Assembly: GCA_965113315.1 (NCBI GenBank)
Contig: OZ220366.1
Strand: one strand, 5' to 3'
From: Podarcis vaucheri
Lineage: Eukaryota
Length of the DNA stretch: 64,000 nt
Shown here: positions 36,801-50,500 of the stretch, one piece after another
How positions within the stretch are numbered: position 1 is the first letter of the stretch
Layout of the letters: each line of letters opens with the position of its first letter
The notes under the pieces: generated by a model
Databases searched by the model: none
What the model saw: the letters and a program-made list of their open reading frames with translations, nothing else
What the model was told of the DNA's origin: nothing
Position numbers and translations under genes: made by a program

Positions 36801-39497
36801 TGCATTATAAACTTATAAACTGCATTATAAACAATGTGTTGGGCATTGTTGTTTCCATGGAAATGGAATGCTTGTAATGTGCAAGTGGTTTAATGTTGTT
36901 TACTTGATTCTATCTAGCACTTGCGCCTCTTAAACAAAATGGCAACTGCGACCCTGGAAGAGCAGCCGTAATGGTATTATGGGGTGGGGAAAGAAAAGGA
37001 AAGGAAAAGACATCAACTTGCAGAAATAGCATGGGATGATACTCACTAGAGGTACAAAAACCAAACTCTATTCAGGGTGAAGGTAGCTCAGCATTCCATT
37101 CTCCAGTGCTGTTGGCCAAATCAATTCAACCGGCCAAGAAAGTAAATAGACACATCCTGCTGAAGTACAAATCATTGCCCATTTCCTTGCCGTGTTAACT
37201 TTGAAAAGCACTTACAAATAATCCTTAGAAACAATTCTGTATTCAACTTTGCTTCACAGTCGCATAGAACTAGTAAAATACAAAACAAGAAGTATATTAA
37301 TGCACACGCATATCCTGTGGGGGCTTTGCTTTAGCAGAAAATGATTCTGCTCATGCAAGTTGGGGCATCCAAATTCTGTAATTCTTCCTTGCCTGCTGCA
37401 GTGGGGCAGGGAGTTTATGTGCGATGAGAGTGCGCTGACTTGCTTTCCACTACAACAAAGTGAACTTGGAAAGAAAGAAATTGTAACATTTTAAAGAAAT
37501 TATTATATCTTAACTGCCCTTTAAAACAAATGTGCTTTCCAGTGGTATTCATCACCTAGATTATTCTGCTGTATAGGGGTGTGGGGTGGCGCTGTGTATG
37601 TTAAGGGTATTAATACCTAGCTACTGTGAAATGCATTTTTGCCCTATCAAATGGCATAGTTTGACTCGAGGTGTACTGTTTTCTGTGTTCACATTATCTT
37701 TTGATTGCATTAATAAACATGGTGCTGTATGATGGTGTGTGGTATAGAAAACCATGAACTATTTTCAGTAACACAGATTCCTTTAAACCTGCCTGAAAGT
37801 GTGGTTTTTTATTTTTTTTTTTATTTCACTACAGAGAGTTGCTCAAGTGCTTTGGAATCAGCTAAACAAAGAGACGAGAGAGCATCACAACACTTGTGTA
37901 GAGCTGTTCTACCGTCTTCATTGCCTAGCTCCATCTGCTAATATCTGTGAAGACATTATCTGCCATGCATTGCTGGATCATGATAAAGTAAGGTTTATTA
38001 AAGGTTGTATAGCCTAACACAGCACCCTAGTTTTGTGGGGCGGGGCAGGGGGCATATCACAATCACTCATAGAACAGATTTTGGGGGGAGCATGTGTATA
38101 GAAGGGAGAAAGTACCTTTGCCCGAATAGAAATCTTTGCTTGATAGGGTGCACGGGTTAGATACCACCTTATGTTTTTGGAATATCAGTGAAATATATTT
38201 TATGTTAAACTGGAGTTGTTTTGAAAACTGTGATTAACATTCCTTTCTGCTAAGACTTTTAAGGGACTCCATTAGACCCCAGATTGATACTGTTTAAAAA
38301 TAAATAAAAAGGTGCGAGAAGATTAAGGAAGATCAGTTGTGTGTGGTGGAACATATGCCTTGCATGTTGAAGGTCACGGGCTCAATCCATGGCATGTCCA
38401 GTCTGAAAAAACAAAATGTGTCTTGAGTAATGGAGCATTGACAAACCAATTGGAAACTCCTGAAGAGTTGCTTCCAACCAGAGTAGGCAGTCCTAAACTG
38501 AATCAGCCATTGGCTTCATGCAGTTTCAGACAATTCTTTGGCGGCTGCCCTGTTAAATGTGGCTCTTCTGTCCAGTAGACAGATGCTGTCTCAGCTCCAC
38601 TCTTGGACTAGTCTCCTATCCCTCTTGAGTAAATATTGGTCAAAATCTTCCTTCTTACACTGCATAGGCTACCTGTAGCCCTAGGTTGGCAAGCACTTTG
38701 GGTAGCTCATTAAGGCAAGGACTGAGAAGCCTTTCCTCAAACCACAGTTTATATTTTATCCCTCCTTCTGGGTTTTGAGGAGTAGATGTAATTAACTGGA
38801 TAATGAAGAGCAGATTTAATTAACCAGCCTACTTGCTAACAATACAGTGATTTTCTTCATTTTTGGAAGCATAAGTAGCCACATGTTGACTATAATCGTT
38901 CCATCAAGGCTTCATATTTCTCAAACTAAAAGGAAATAGAGCTAAGCTTTTAGAAGAATATAATGATTCATTTCATTCTGACTACTGCTATTTTCAAAGA
39001 GATCTCAAACATTTTTCTTGTATTGAGGGGCAAGTGCACATTCATCAGGGATCATCAAACTAGCTCATAAACATTCTTTTTGTTCTGATTTTGCTTTGGG
39101 TTTCTTTCCTTCTAAGGGGACAAGGCTGGAGGCACTGTTCCGGTTCTCTGTCATGTGGCATTTGACCAGAGAAATCCAAGGCAGCAGAGTCACTTCCCAC
39201 AATCGCTCTTTTGATAGGTATTGCTATTACTTTTATGTCTATTTTGATGGTGTAGGTTTAAATTACATTTACTTTTGGTCATTGAACTGAAAAGACTACA
39301 GTTTCATATGTACCCAAAATGTACCTAAGCCAAAAAGTATTGTTGTTGTTCTTCGATGGGCATCTTTAACATTGTGCTTAGCTTGTTTTCCTATAGCTCT
39401 ATACAGAAACCTCCCACATTTCCACACTTAAGCTTGCTTTCAACCCATTATTGCAGGCCAGCCATAGCTTCTTCCCTACTTGATGTGAACATCCATA

Positions 39498-39545
<48 letters not shown>

Positions 39546-41481
39546 TACACACACATACACAAACAACATTCACCTGTTTCTCCAATTCAAAGATTCTTGT
39601 GTTCACAACACCACCATAGAGGTTTCATTTTCTGCTGCTGGTCCTTAACAAACAAATTGAAGAAGGCAGAGAAGGTTACTATTGCTGGAAAAGCTATTTT
39701 TAAAATGTGTATCTCTTTTTGTAAACTAGTCTTCCATCTCAACATTTTAACATACCGTATTTTTCGCTCTATAACACGCACCAGACCATAACACGCACGT
39801 AGTTTTTAGAGGAGGAAAACAAGAAAAAAATATTCTAAACAAAACAGTGGATGTATGATTTTTGTGGTTCATGCTGTGGCCACAGACATGTGATCTGACG
39901 GTGAGTTTGGCGTAGCCCAATGCAAAAATCCTGAGGATCCATGTGGATCCATGCTAAAGTCGCCCTAAAGTCGCAGGGGCGCTGGGGGAGTGAACAGGAA
40001 GCAGGAGGAGGAGAACAATCCCTCTCTCACACACAGACACACAGAGTATCAATCCTAAAGTCGCAGGAGAGGCAGGGGCACTGGGAGTGGGAAGCAAGAG
40101 AAGGAGAACGATTCACCCCCCCCCCTCTCTCTCTCACACACACACACACACACAGTATCAATCCTAAAGTCGCAGGAGAGCGCAGGGGCGCTGGGAGAGT
40201 GAACAGGAAGGAGGAGGAGGAGGAGAACGATAGCTCAAGCACACACACACACACACACAGCCCCTACAGTGGCTGATCCAAAATCGGACAGCAAAAAACT
40301 GCAGGCAGGGACATCGAGGACGGGGTTGTTTTAAAGCAACCAACCCCGATCCAACCCCGATCTGGTTCTCTCTCTCTCTCCTCCCGGCTCGGCTGGCTGA
40401 AAAGCTTGGCTGCTACTTAGCAGCTCACTGGAGAAGAGAGAGGGACATCGAGCACGGGGTTGTTTTAAAGCAACCAACCCCGATGCAACCCCGATCTGCT
40501 TCTCTCCCTCCTCCCCGGCTCTGCTCGCTGACAGGAGCCGCTTACACCCGCTTTGCAGTTTCAAAGAGAGCCATGGACTGCTCACAACTGCAGCGGATTC
40601 CCCTGCCATCTGCAGGCATTCGCTCCATAACACGCACAGACATTTCCCCTTACTTTCCAGGAGGAAAAAACTGCGTGTTATAGAGCGAAAAATACGGTAA
40701 TTCTAGCCTTGTCACCTTGAACAAATATTACTGTAATTTCTCCATCCAGGTCTCTGTTCGTTGTGTTGGACAGTCTTAATAATTCGGATGGAGCTATTGG
40801 TGCTGCTGCACAGGGTTGGTTGATACGAGCGCTGTCACTTAATGATGTTGCACGAATTCTGGAACCCATCCTTCTGCTTCTGCTTCATCCCAGGACACAG
40901 CGCACCTCTATTCACTGTGTCAAGCAGAAAAATTCAGCAGGTAAGATTTCACTTAAGAAGATTCCTTCTCCTTCAGGTGAAAGGTCCACCTAGTCCAGCA
41001 TTTGGTCTCCCAATAGATGCCCCTGGAGAGCCTTCAAACCATGCACTAAAACACACATCACACACACACACACACACACACACATGGCAATGCTATATTT
41101 AATCCTGGAGGTTTCTTTAGCCATCAAGGCTAGCAGGAAGTGATAAGTCTTGGCCTTCCATGAACACTTCCAATTCCCTTTTCAATGTGGTAGGTATCAC
41201 TACATTTTTTTGGCCATGAATTCCATAAATTACATGTTATGGGCAGTATATTTCTTTTGTATTTCCTGAAACCACTCCTAGTCCTTTTCATGGGCTGATC
41301 CAGCCTGTAGTAGTATGAGAGCAGGAGGGGGCGGGGATATTTGTTAGGCATGCCACCTTTTTGTCTAAACAGAAACCCCAAGCACAGAAAATGTTGGCCT
41401 CTACAGGGCTGAAGTCTAAATTTGCCTTCTATGTAGTACACCTTGACTTAGCTGCGCCTTAGCATTTGCCTGTAACAGGTG

Positions 41482-41527
<46 letters not shown>

Positions 41528-44500
41528 TCCCTTCATATCATCACACAGAACTCAGTATCTAGGGGTGAGTCTCAGACATTTAATTCTTTTTTTTTTTTAA
41601 CTAATAAAAATTGTTTGGCATTTCAAAAGAAGAAATAAACAATATTAGTCAATAACATAGTAGACAAGCATATGAAGGTCATGCATAAACAAGATAGTTC
41701 AGAATCCAAGGCATTGATAAAAAGGGTTGAGGTTAAATTTTTAGTTACCTGGATGAAAGCAGTGATCCTCTCAGAAGGAAAGCACAAAGGAATAGCCCAG
41801 CAATGGCAATATTTATATCCAAATTTCCTGTGAAGACTTAAGGTTTATTATACCTTAATATAATTAATTGTTATCTGACCCAATTACTAGAGAGAAATAA
41901 ACTATTTTAAAAGAGAGGCTATAAATCCCCAAGTATATCTGGCTACATTAAAGAAATGCAATAAATCCCAGCATTTAAATCCCAGCATTAGTATGTCTGA
42001 TCATAGTCTAAACTTTTGCACATAGCAAAATACTTGGTGTGTGTCTGAGCATACTAAGAGTTGTCATTTAGAGAGTTTATTTCAGCTTTGCTGTCTTTGT
42101 GAAAACAATATTTCCTGGCTAATTGGGTACAATTAGTAATTTGTAGCTTTTATGATCGGTGTTGTCCAGCTTAGTTATTGTTCTAGGGAACAATTTAAAG
42201 GTTTATTGTTTTAAGATAGGGAAGGGCAAACCAGAGGATCAGTATGTGAGCATGGCTTATCTCTCATACCTTGATGTGTATATGAGCATCACAAAGATAC
42301 AAAAGGATGCCATCATTTCCAGTGTAAGAAGTCCAATTTGTTAAAGATCATAATCTACAAATACTAGCCAATACGTGTTAATTTTTATTTGCTGTATTTA
42401 TAAATGGCTGCCCAAGAACATTGGACTCTGGGTTGCTGGCAAATAAAATGATAAAATAGCATTAAAAAGGGTTTGGAGCATCAACAATTTCAGGCCAAAA
42501 GAAGAATAAAATCAGACACCTAAAACTATACAGCAGATAGACATAGGTCCCTTAACAACAGTCTATTGTGAACACATGGCACAGTTGCAAAGAAAGAGGG
42601 TCACCCGTTGTGTTCAGATACTGGGACGTGAAAGCAGCTGCTGTCTGAAGGCTGCACCTTCACTACTGAATGAGTGGTCACTTTTTTAGAAAGGCAATTT
42701 TGCTTTCTTTCAGAAGACATGCGTTTCTGGTACAAAAAGAAAAAAGTCCCTTTCCAGAAGTCCTTGGGGCGTTCTGAAAGCAGCTCTGAAGAAAGTTTGC
42801 CACTGAGCCAGTTTACAACTGTGGACAGGGAAGCCATTTGGGCTGAAGTTGAAAAAGACCCAGAAAAATGCCTGCTTAAAAATGAACTGGCTGTAAGTGA
42901 TCATTATCGGTGTGCAGAAGCTTCACCAGACGTAGACGAGGAGGATAATAGTGAACACACAGAGTCTGCTGATACCAGCACTGGACCTACGGATAGTGAT
43001 AATACATCATCCTTTTCTCCTTCTCTGGACCAGCAGGATATGAGCAATGGCGAGAACTACAGTGGCTCGACAGACGACAAAGAAAGCATGAAGCTCGTTG
43101 GTTCTTCTAATGTTTATCCTCCTGAAAGTTCCAAATCCAGCACCATGCTCAATCTGGTACGCGCAGATTCTGAGAAAACTCAAGCATCCGAGTCTCTCTC
43201 AAGCGATGACGAGGTGGATTTGGAGCTTCAAGCCCTTAGCACCGCTAGGTTGCTAAAACAGCAGAAGGAAAAACAGGAAATGGCCGAGGCTCTGTTTAAG
43301 CACATTCTTTTGTACCTGCAGCCGTATGATTCCAAAAGGGTCCTATATGCTTTTTCTGTACTTGAGGCAGTACTCAAAACAAACCCTAGGGAGTTTATTG
43401 AAGCTGTAGCCAGCACTAGCATGGATACTAGCTCCACAGCTCATCTGAATCTCATCTACAATCTTCTAGCCCGCCACCAGGAAGCTCTGGTGGGACAGAG
43501 CTTCTACGGAAAGCTTCAGACTCAGTCACCAACCGTGTGTCCCCATTCACTGCTAATAGAGTTGCTGACATACCTGTGTCTGAGTTTCCTGCGCTCTTAC
43601 TACCCTTGTTACTTAAAAGTGACTCACAAAGATGTGCTTGGCAATAGGGATGTCCAGGTCAAAAGTGTCGAAGTCTTGATAAGAATGATGACACAGCTGG
43701 CTACAATGGCCAAATCATCAGAGAGCAGGAACACAGAATTTATACGCAACTTGCTTGGCAGATGCAAAGTTCAAGAATTTGTCCTCCTTTCTCTATCCGC
43801 TTCTATGTATGTAAGTCAGAAGTGCTATGGACAGACAATGGCCAGTAAGACTAATGGGTTAAGTGAAGAGTGCATCCTCGAGGAAAGCCTAATCAACTTT
43901 GGTCCTGATCAGATTTGGAGCGAGCACCCGTTGCAGATTGAGCTGCTTAAACTTCTGCAAGTGTTGATAGTCTTGGAGCATCACCTTGGACAGACTCAGG
44001 AGGAGGTGGAAAATCAACCAGGCCTATCTAAGGAATGGCAAAAGTCACTTAACTTCCAGGAGGCCATTAGTGCAATGCAGTATGTGCATCCACACCCTAT
44101 AACCTCGCAGGGATTATTTGTGTCTGCCGTAGTCCGAGGCTTGCAGCCCGAGTATGGCTATGGCATGCATCCAGCTTGGGTGGGTTTGGTTGCATATTCC
44201 TTGCCATTCTTTGGGAGATCTTTAGGTTGGACAGTGGCACCGTTTATTGTACAGATATGCAAGAACCTGGACGAACTTGTCAAACAGTATGAATATGAAA
44301 CTCTGAAAGTGTCACCAAAGTCATCTGTAAGGTAAGAGAATGTTGTTCATAAAATCTGGCTTTTTCAGGTTAGCTAATTTAGCTGTTGGTCAGTATGGCT
44401 CATTTTCTATTTGTAAGTTTCCTTAAATTATTTGTTTGGTTTCTTGGGGAGGGGAAGGATGTAGGAACATAAGAAACTACATTTATATCAGGTCCGACTC

Positions 44501-47500
44501 TTGACTTTCTAGCCCAGTATTATCTACTCTGGCTCGCAACAGCTCTTAGGTCTCTGGAAAGAGGTGTTTCCCAGCCTCAGCTATCTGACCCTTTTAATTG
44601 GAGGTGTCTGGGGTTGAAATGGGCAGCTGATCTTCTGCATGTAAAATACGTAATTTCACTGAGCTATGCAAGCAAGACTTGTTTCAGCTTCTCAGTTCCA
44701 CCAGTAGGGGAAATGTCCCACTCAATTCTTGTGGTGTCTCAATCAGAACAGGCTTTTCCCTGCCACATTTTCATCATCTTGCAAAGTTTGTCTGGTATTC
44801 CCCCCGCCCAAAAACCACTGTTGTTGTCCTCTCCCATCCAGGACAGATAATCTACACACAGCTCTCTCTTTCCTTTTATGAGTTAGCCAGTGAGCAAATT
44901 CTCCCTAGATAGCAAAGCATCAGCAGATAACTGGCTGGGTGGATTAAAAGCATAGCGTGCAAAGGAAAGGTTCTAGCTTAATGGAAGTGAATGCGGGCTA
45001 TCCCCTAATTTCTTTACAAGACTGAAACAACCAACTGAATTGTTAACTTTCTCCCCAAAGCATGAATTCTAAAAGGGAAAACATCACACCAGATTATCCT
45101 CTTACCCTTTTGGAAGGACTAACCACTATTGGCCATTTTTGTCTTTTGGATCATCCAAATCAAACCAAAAAGGTAATGATGTTGTTGTTTTTCTTGCTTT
45201 CTTTTGCTGTCTAATATATACTTTTGACAGGTGATGTTTTCCAGTTATTAAAGAATATCCATTCAAACTATGTTGAACTTTAAGGGTGTTACTGGATTGA
45301 AACCATGACAGCCTCATATTAGGAAAAGATGGAATAGTGAAATCAAGATAAGCCACAGTTAGAAATTTCCTTATGTGACTGTGAAAATGTTCTTCTGTAT
45401 CAATTTCATGATTTCAAAGATAACTACTTTGAGTTTGTTGATTTAAAATTCAGCCGAGGGAACAGCGGGTATTTTAGTTTAAAGTATGTTTATATAGTCT
45501 ATGCCTCAATATACTATGAGATGTGAAATGTGGCCAGACATTTTTTTAAAAAAATTGAAATCCCAGATAGGATTTTCTTTAAAATATCAAGTGAATCTGC
45601 ACCCGATTTATTAGAGGTGATATTGAAAATCTATCCTGCCAACACATTTCATTTTCCACTTTATTTTTAAATCTGATTGCAAAGCCAAGATAGCTATCCA
45701 TTATTAAGGTAGTAATACTGCTGAAACAAATTCTGATTTCGAACCCTTTTTTTGCAAATTATAGGAAGTGGTATGTAGTGCAATTGTTTGTAGCCCTATA
45801 TGCATAAACAAGGCTAAGCAAAAAATTTGGAATGAATTTTACAATGTGGTAAAACAGGGTCTGATTTATAATGTCATTATTGCAAAGAACACCCTTGCTT
45901 ATTTTTTATATATTATATTGTTTAGGATTTTGAATGTGTTGTTTCTTTCCTGCATATCTATAGTGTGGGTGATCTCCAGTGTTGGTCATATTTGGATTTA
46001 ATGGGTTATTTATTTATTTTTGTATTCCCAGTCACCGTGGAATGTTGACCCTATAAACCTAAGAAATGCCAGGAATGCCATTTTGGAAGAGTTTCCTCGT
46101 ATCATTAACACCATGTCTCTCCTTTGGGGTGTCATAAAAAAGGAAGATTCTCAAAAAAGACCAGCTGACTTCCTTGGAACAAAAGGCTCTTCTTCGGTTT
46201 ACTTTAAGGCAACCAAAGTACGTAAGCTTTATTAAGCCTGGGTGATCTGTGGGCAGGTGCACCACAGCTGGGAAAACCTTGTCCACATTTTTCTGATAGG
46301 AAGTTGCTTAGGTTAATAGGCATTTTTGGAAGTGATTGGCAATGCTTCTGCAGCAAGCCATGGAGATAAAGTTCAGGTGCCTACACCATTGAATATCTGC
46401 AGATGTAGTCAACCACTTTAAATACATCTCTATTTGTCAGAGAGTCACACCAAATACAGAGGAGGCTTTTATCCGTAATCTTCATTTCTGGTGTCGACCC
46501 AGGATGTGGCACTGTGTAGGATCTGTCATCATAGGGGCTCTGCCTTGTAGGGCCCTGCTGCCCCAATGACACCGCAGGCTATTGACAGGCTGGATCACAC
46601 CAAAAGCCCATCAAGTTCAGCATCCTGTTCTTGCAGTCACCAGCCAAGTGCCTGTGGAAAGCCAGTAAGCAGCACCCAAATGCAACATCACTCTTTCTTG
46701 TGCTTCCCAGCAACTGGTAGTCACTGATAGCCTTTTTGATAGCAATAGCTCTCCCACTATGCTTATCCCCACAGCTCCCTTGCTGGGAGTTAGGATTCCT
46801 CCCTGAGTAAACAAGCCTTCAGGAAATCGCCTTGGTATAAAGCACATTTTGCATGCACGCAACACGGTTATGGACTGTGTTTTCTCAACAGCAACTGTAA
46901 TGTTCATTTTCAGAAGCAACTTCCAGGTACCACATGGAAAAACTGCTGCATGATAAATTCTTGCTTATAATGAGAAATACATGCACAATGGGAATTTAGA
47001 CTCTTTCCCCCCCAGTATGAGAACAAAAAGTGTGATTTAAAAATAGTGAGCTGCTTACGACATTTTATCAGGGCACCTGTCTGTAGGAAAACAAATTCCA
47101 TCCAAACCCATTCTAGAAGAAATGTTTGTTTTCTTTTTTATAGACATTGAAGACTAAAATCCTTGACTTCTTGAATCCCCTCACTGGGCAGCTTGGGGTG
47201 CAACTTATAGCTGCAGTAGCAGCAGTGTGGAGCAGCAAAAAATCTCACAGGCATCAAAACAAAACAAAGGTAAAGGAGAAGAAGAAATCACAAATGTGGT
47301 GTGATAAATAGTTCATTCCCCTGCCCAATGATAAGGGAAAACTTCAAAACATCTAGACAGTACCAGGTTGGCAAAGACTACTTCAAAGCATTCGCCGGAC
47401 CCCCCCCCCCCACACACACACGCAGTATGCCTGGTTTCTTGTTTTTCCTGGGTCTGAACACCACAGTTTCAGCTCCTGTGCATGCTTGTAGAATAGAACC

Positions 47501-50500
47501 AGATATTTCTGAAAAGGCATGTTACAAATCAATTTACAAGGGGTGGTCCTTTATGTATGTTTTTGTTTCAGATTCCTCCCGCAGCTAGTGCATCTCAGCT
47601 TATACTTGTTGATCTAGTTTGTGCCCTAAATACTCTGAAGACAGACACTATATTGCAGCTTGTAAAAGAAGTTGTAAAGAAACCATCCCAAATCAAAGGT
47701 GAAGAGGTAGGTGTCATTTTTACTCTGTCTATAATCTCTGTTACTCACAAGTTAGGAAGTTTCAATTGCTCATCGGCCTACTAATTCCTTAAGTTGATTA
47801 GTTCTTTAATGAAGAAGTTAGTGAGAGGATAAAATGAGCTGAAAGGTGGGAATAGACCAGGAGCTCTTGGTTTTTGCCTCATCACTATTTAAAGGATTGT
47901 GATCAGCATACAGAATTGATTAGCGTTCCGATTTGGTCAGTCACATAGTAACTTGAGGGTTATCCAAGACAGTAAACAAGAGGGTATATATCTGGGATAC
48001 CATGGCTAATTTGGGATCTCTATTCAAACCCAAGTGTCTTTCAAGGAACTGCAGGTGTCCCTGGTTTTTGTAAACAACTTGTAGGAAATTTGAAATTACA
48101 GTTTTATTTCTACAAAACCACTACTTAAACAAGTTTACTTAGAAGTAAGTCATCACTGAAATAATTTGTAGATTATTTTGCCTGTAATATGTTTCAAATT
48201 TCCGTTATTGTGTTTTCTTTGTAATTTGGTAATAGGGTTTTCTCTTTCTTTCCAGAAATCTTCTCTAGTGGATATCCCAGTGCTCCAGTTCTGCTATGCT
48301 TTCATACAAAGGTAAATGAGCTTCTAGGCTGTTATACATTTCTACTTCTTTTTGAATCCAGTAACTACAAACATTAGGTGGGACGCGGGTGGCGCTGTGG
48401 TCTAAACCACTGAGCCTTGGGCTTGCCCAAGGTTGGCAGTTCAGATCTCCACGACGGGGTGAGCTCCTGTTGCTTGGTCCCATCTCCTGCCAACCTAGCA
48501 GTTTGAAAGCACATCAAAGTGCAAGTAGATAAATAGGTACCGCTCAGGCGGGAAGGTAAACGGTGTTTCCGTGCGCTGCTCTGGTTCACCAGAAGCGGCT
48601 TAGTCATGCTGGCCACATGACCCAGAAGCTGTACACCGGCTCCCTCAGCCAGTAAAGCGAGATGAGCGCCGCAACCCCAGAGTCATCCGCAACTGGACCT
48701 AATGGTCAGGGGTCCCTTTACCTTTAATTACAAACATTAATGCATTTGCTTTCTATTCTTTCCTCTTTTTTTTTAATTGCACAGGATGCTTACAGTGATT
48801 TTTTTTGGTCCTGATGCTGAGAACTATAGAACTACTTGTTCAAATAGCAGGAGCTGCAAAAGAGTTAATACAAATAGCTCCCAAGTGCCCTATTGCTGCA
48901 GTAAGATATTGTGAGGCATGGTAGCAACTTAATTCATTTTACCAGAGGTAGCAAATGCGTTGCAGAAACAGTAAGAATGATTAACTATCTAATTAACAAG
49001 CTAGTCAAAGTGTGCACCTCTACAAGATTTGCTGTGGTTTTCAGTTGAAGGCTCCTGGTCAAAAGTCACCCAAAAATGCAAAATAGAATGAGAAGGGAGC
49101 TCCAAACCTGCAAGCTGTAGCATTTAGGAGAGAGGCTCTTTGGTGAGAGAAGGAAAAACACCATGTAGGTTGAAGGATTGTGAAAAGGACACAAGGTCAG
49201 GATAGAAAGATAAGGAGTAACATGTATTTGTTTTCATTGTAAAGACTGCTTTCATTTCAGATTATTTCCAACACTGAGGTCATTGGTTCTTTCTGTCTTG
49301 TTTCACCTCTGAAGAATGTACTACTCATTTAAAAGAATACTTACGTAATTTATGGTGACAGTCTCCAGATTCTGGATTGTCTATTATTTTCATCTTCATT
49401 GTAACCTGAGCTCCTTCAACTTCATTATCATAACTGGGTCATAAATATTGTTGAGGCCAAGAAGAGGAATCTTGACACCATTTGGTACCTGGCTGAGAGA
49501 GAGGTTGTAAATCTTTCCCGTCCCTTTGTCATCCTAATTGCCCAAACTAACGGTGTCAACCTCTAAGCAGGGAAAATATGCTCTTTAAAAGAAAAATATT
49601 AATTCTGTAGTGTCCCATATGGTGGAATTTATTAAAACATTTGGAACATTTCAAAACTTAGGCCATCCAGCCCTCTCGCTTAATAAAGTAAAATAAAAGA
49701 TTAATTTCTCCTGAGGTACAAAGTTCCCAGTTTTGACAGCAAGGCAGTGTCAACTTTCCAACAATAAAACTGTAAAAGAATGACCCCCTATGCTCAAGAA
49801 TTTAAGGAACCATAAAAACTCCTTAAACTAATAGAACATAAAAGAAGGGAGATTGACTCACTAGAAATTAATAGGACAATGATCAGCATCCTGTTCCCAA
49901 AACAATGTTTTTACAAATTTAAAGGGATAAACCCCAGGCTACTAGCAAACAGATGCAGGAAAAAATCACTCAAAACAAAAATACATTGCCGCACCCAGAA
50001 GGATGGCAATGCAACATTCTCCTCTAAAGAAATAATCTCAGAATTTGTTGAATTGTACTCTAATATATACAGAACTTGCCCAAATAGAGAATTAAAACTC
50101 ACAGAACTTGCCCAAACAGGGAATTAAAAATTTCCTGGCAGGATTGCCCTTGGCAACCTTATTAACAGCAGAGGAACAAGAATACATGGACAGCTTTATT
50201 ACCCCAGAGGAAATAGAGACTGTCTTCAAAGACCTAAAACAACACAAAGCCGCTTGCCCAGATGGCTTTACAGCAGAATTCAACAAGAAATTCAAAGAAA
50301 CCCTGATGCCCCACAGGACTAGCCTGTTTAATGACATCATAAAGGGGCCCCCATTCCTAAAACCTGGTCTCCTCCTTCAAAATAGTCTCTATCTCAAAGC
50401 TGTTCAAAGACATCCACAAACTAGAATCATACCGCCCATGTGATACTGACACAAAAACGTCCCCTAACAATAATGTATCAAACTGAATGTCACTGACGAA

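Noticed and set aside
39950-40500. Repeat-spacer pattern resembling a CRISPR array
   Set aside because: Eukaryotic intron. The units are degenerate tandem repeats with microsatellites inside a TIR element, and there are no cas genes.
41588-41900. Possible additional L1 3' end on the minus strand (poly-T start)
   Set aside because: Too decayed; no clear TSD or convincing peptide.
42674-44335. 553-aa ORF (and the 270-aa ORF at 34232) as stand-alone genes
   Set aside because: These are large internal DOP1B exons with phase-compatible splice sites.
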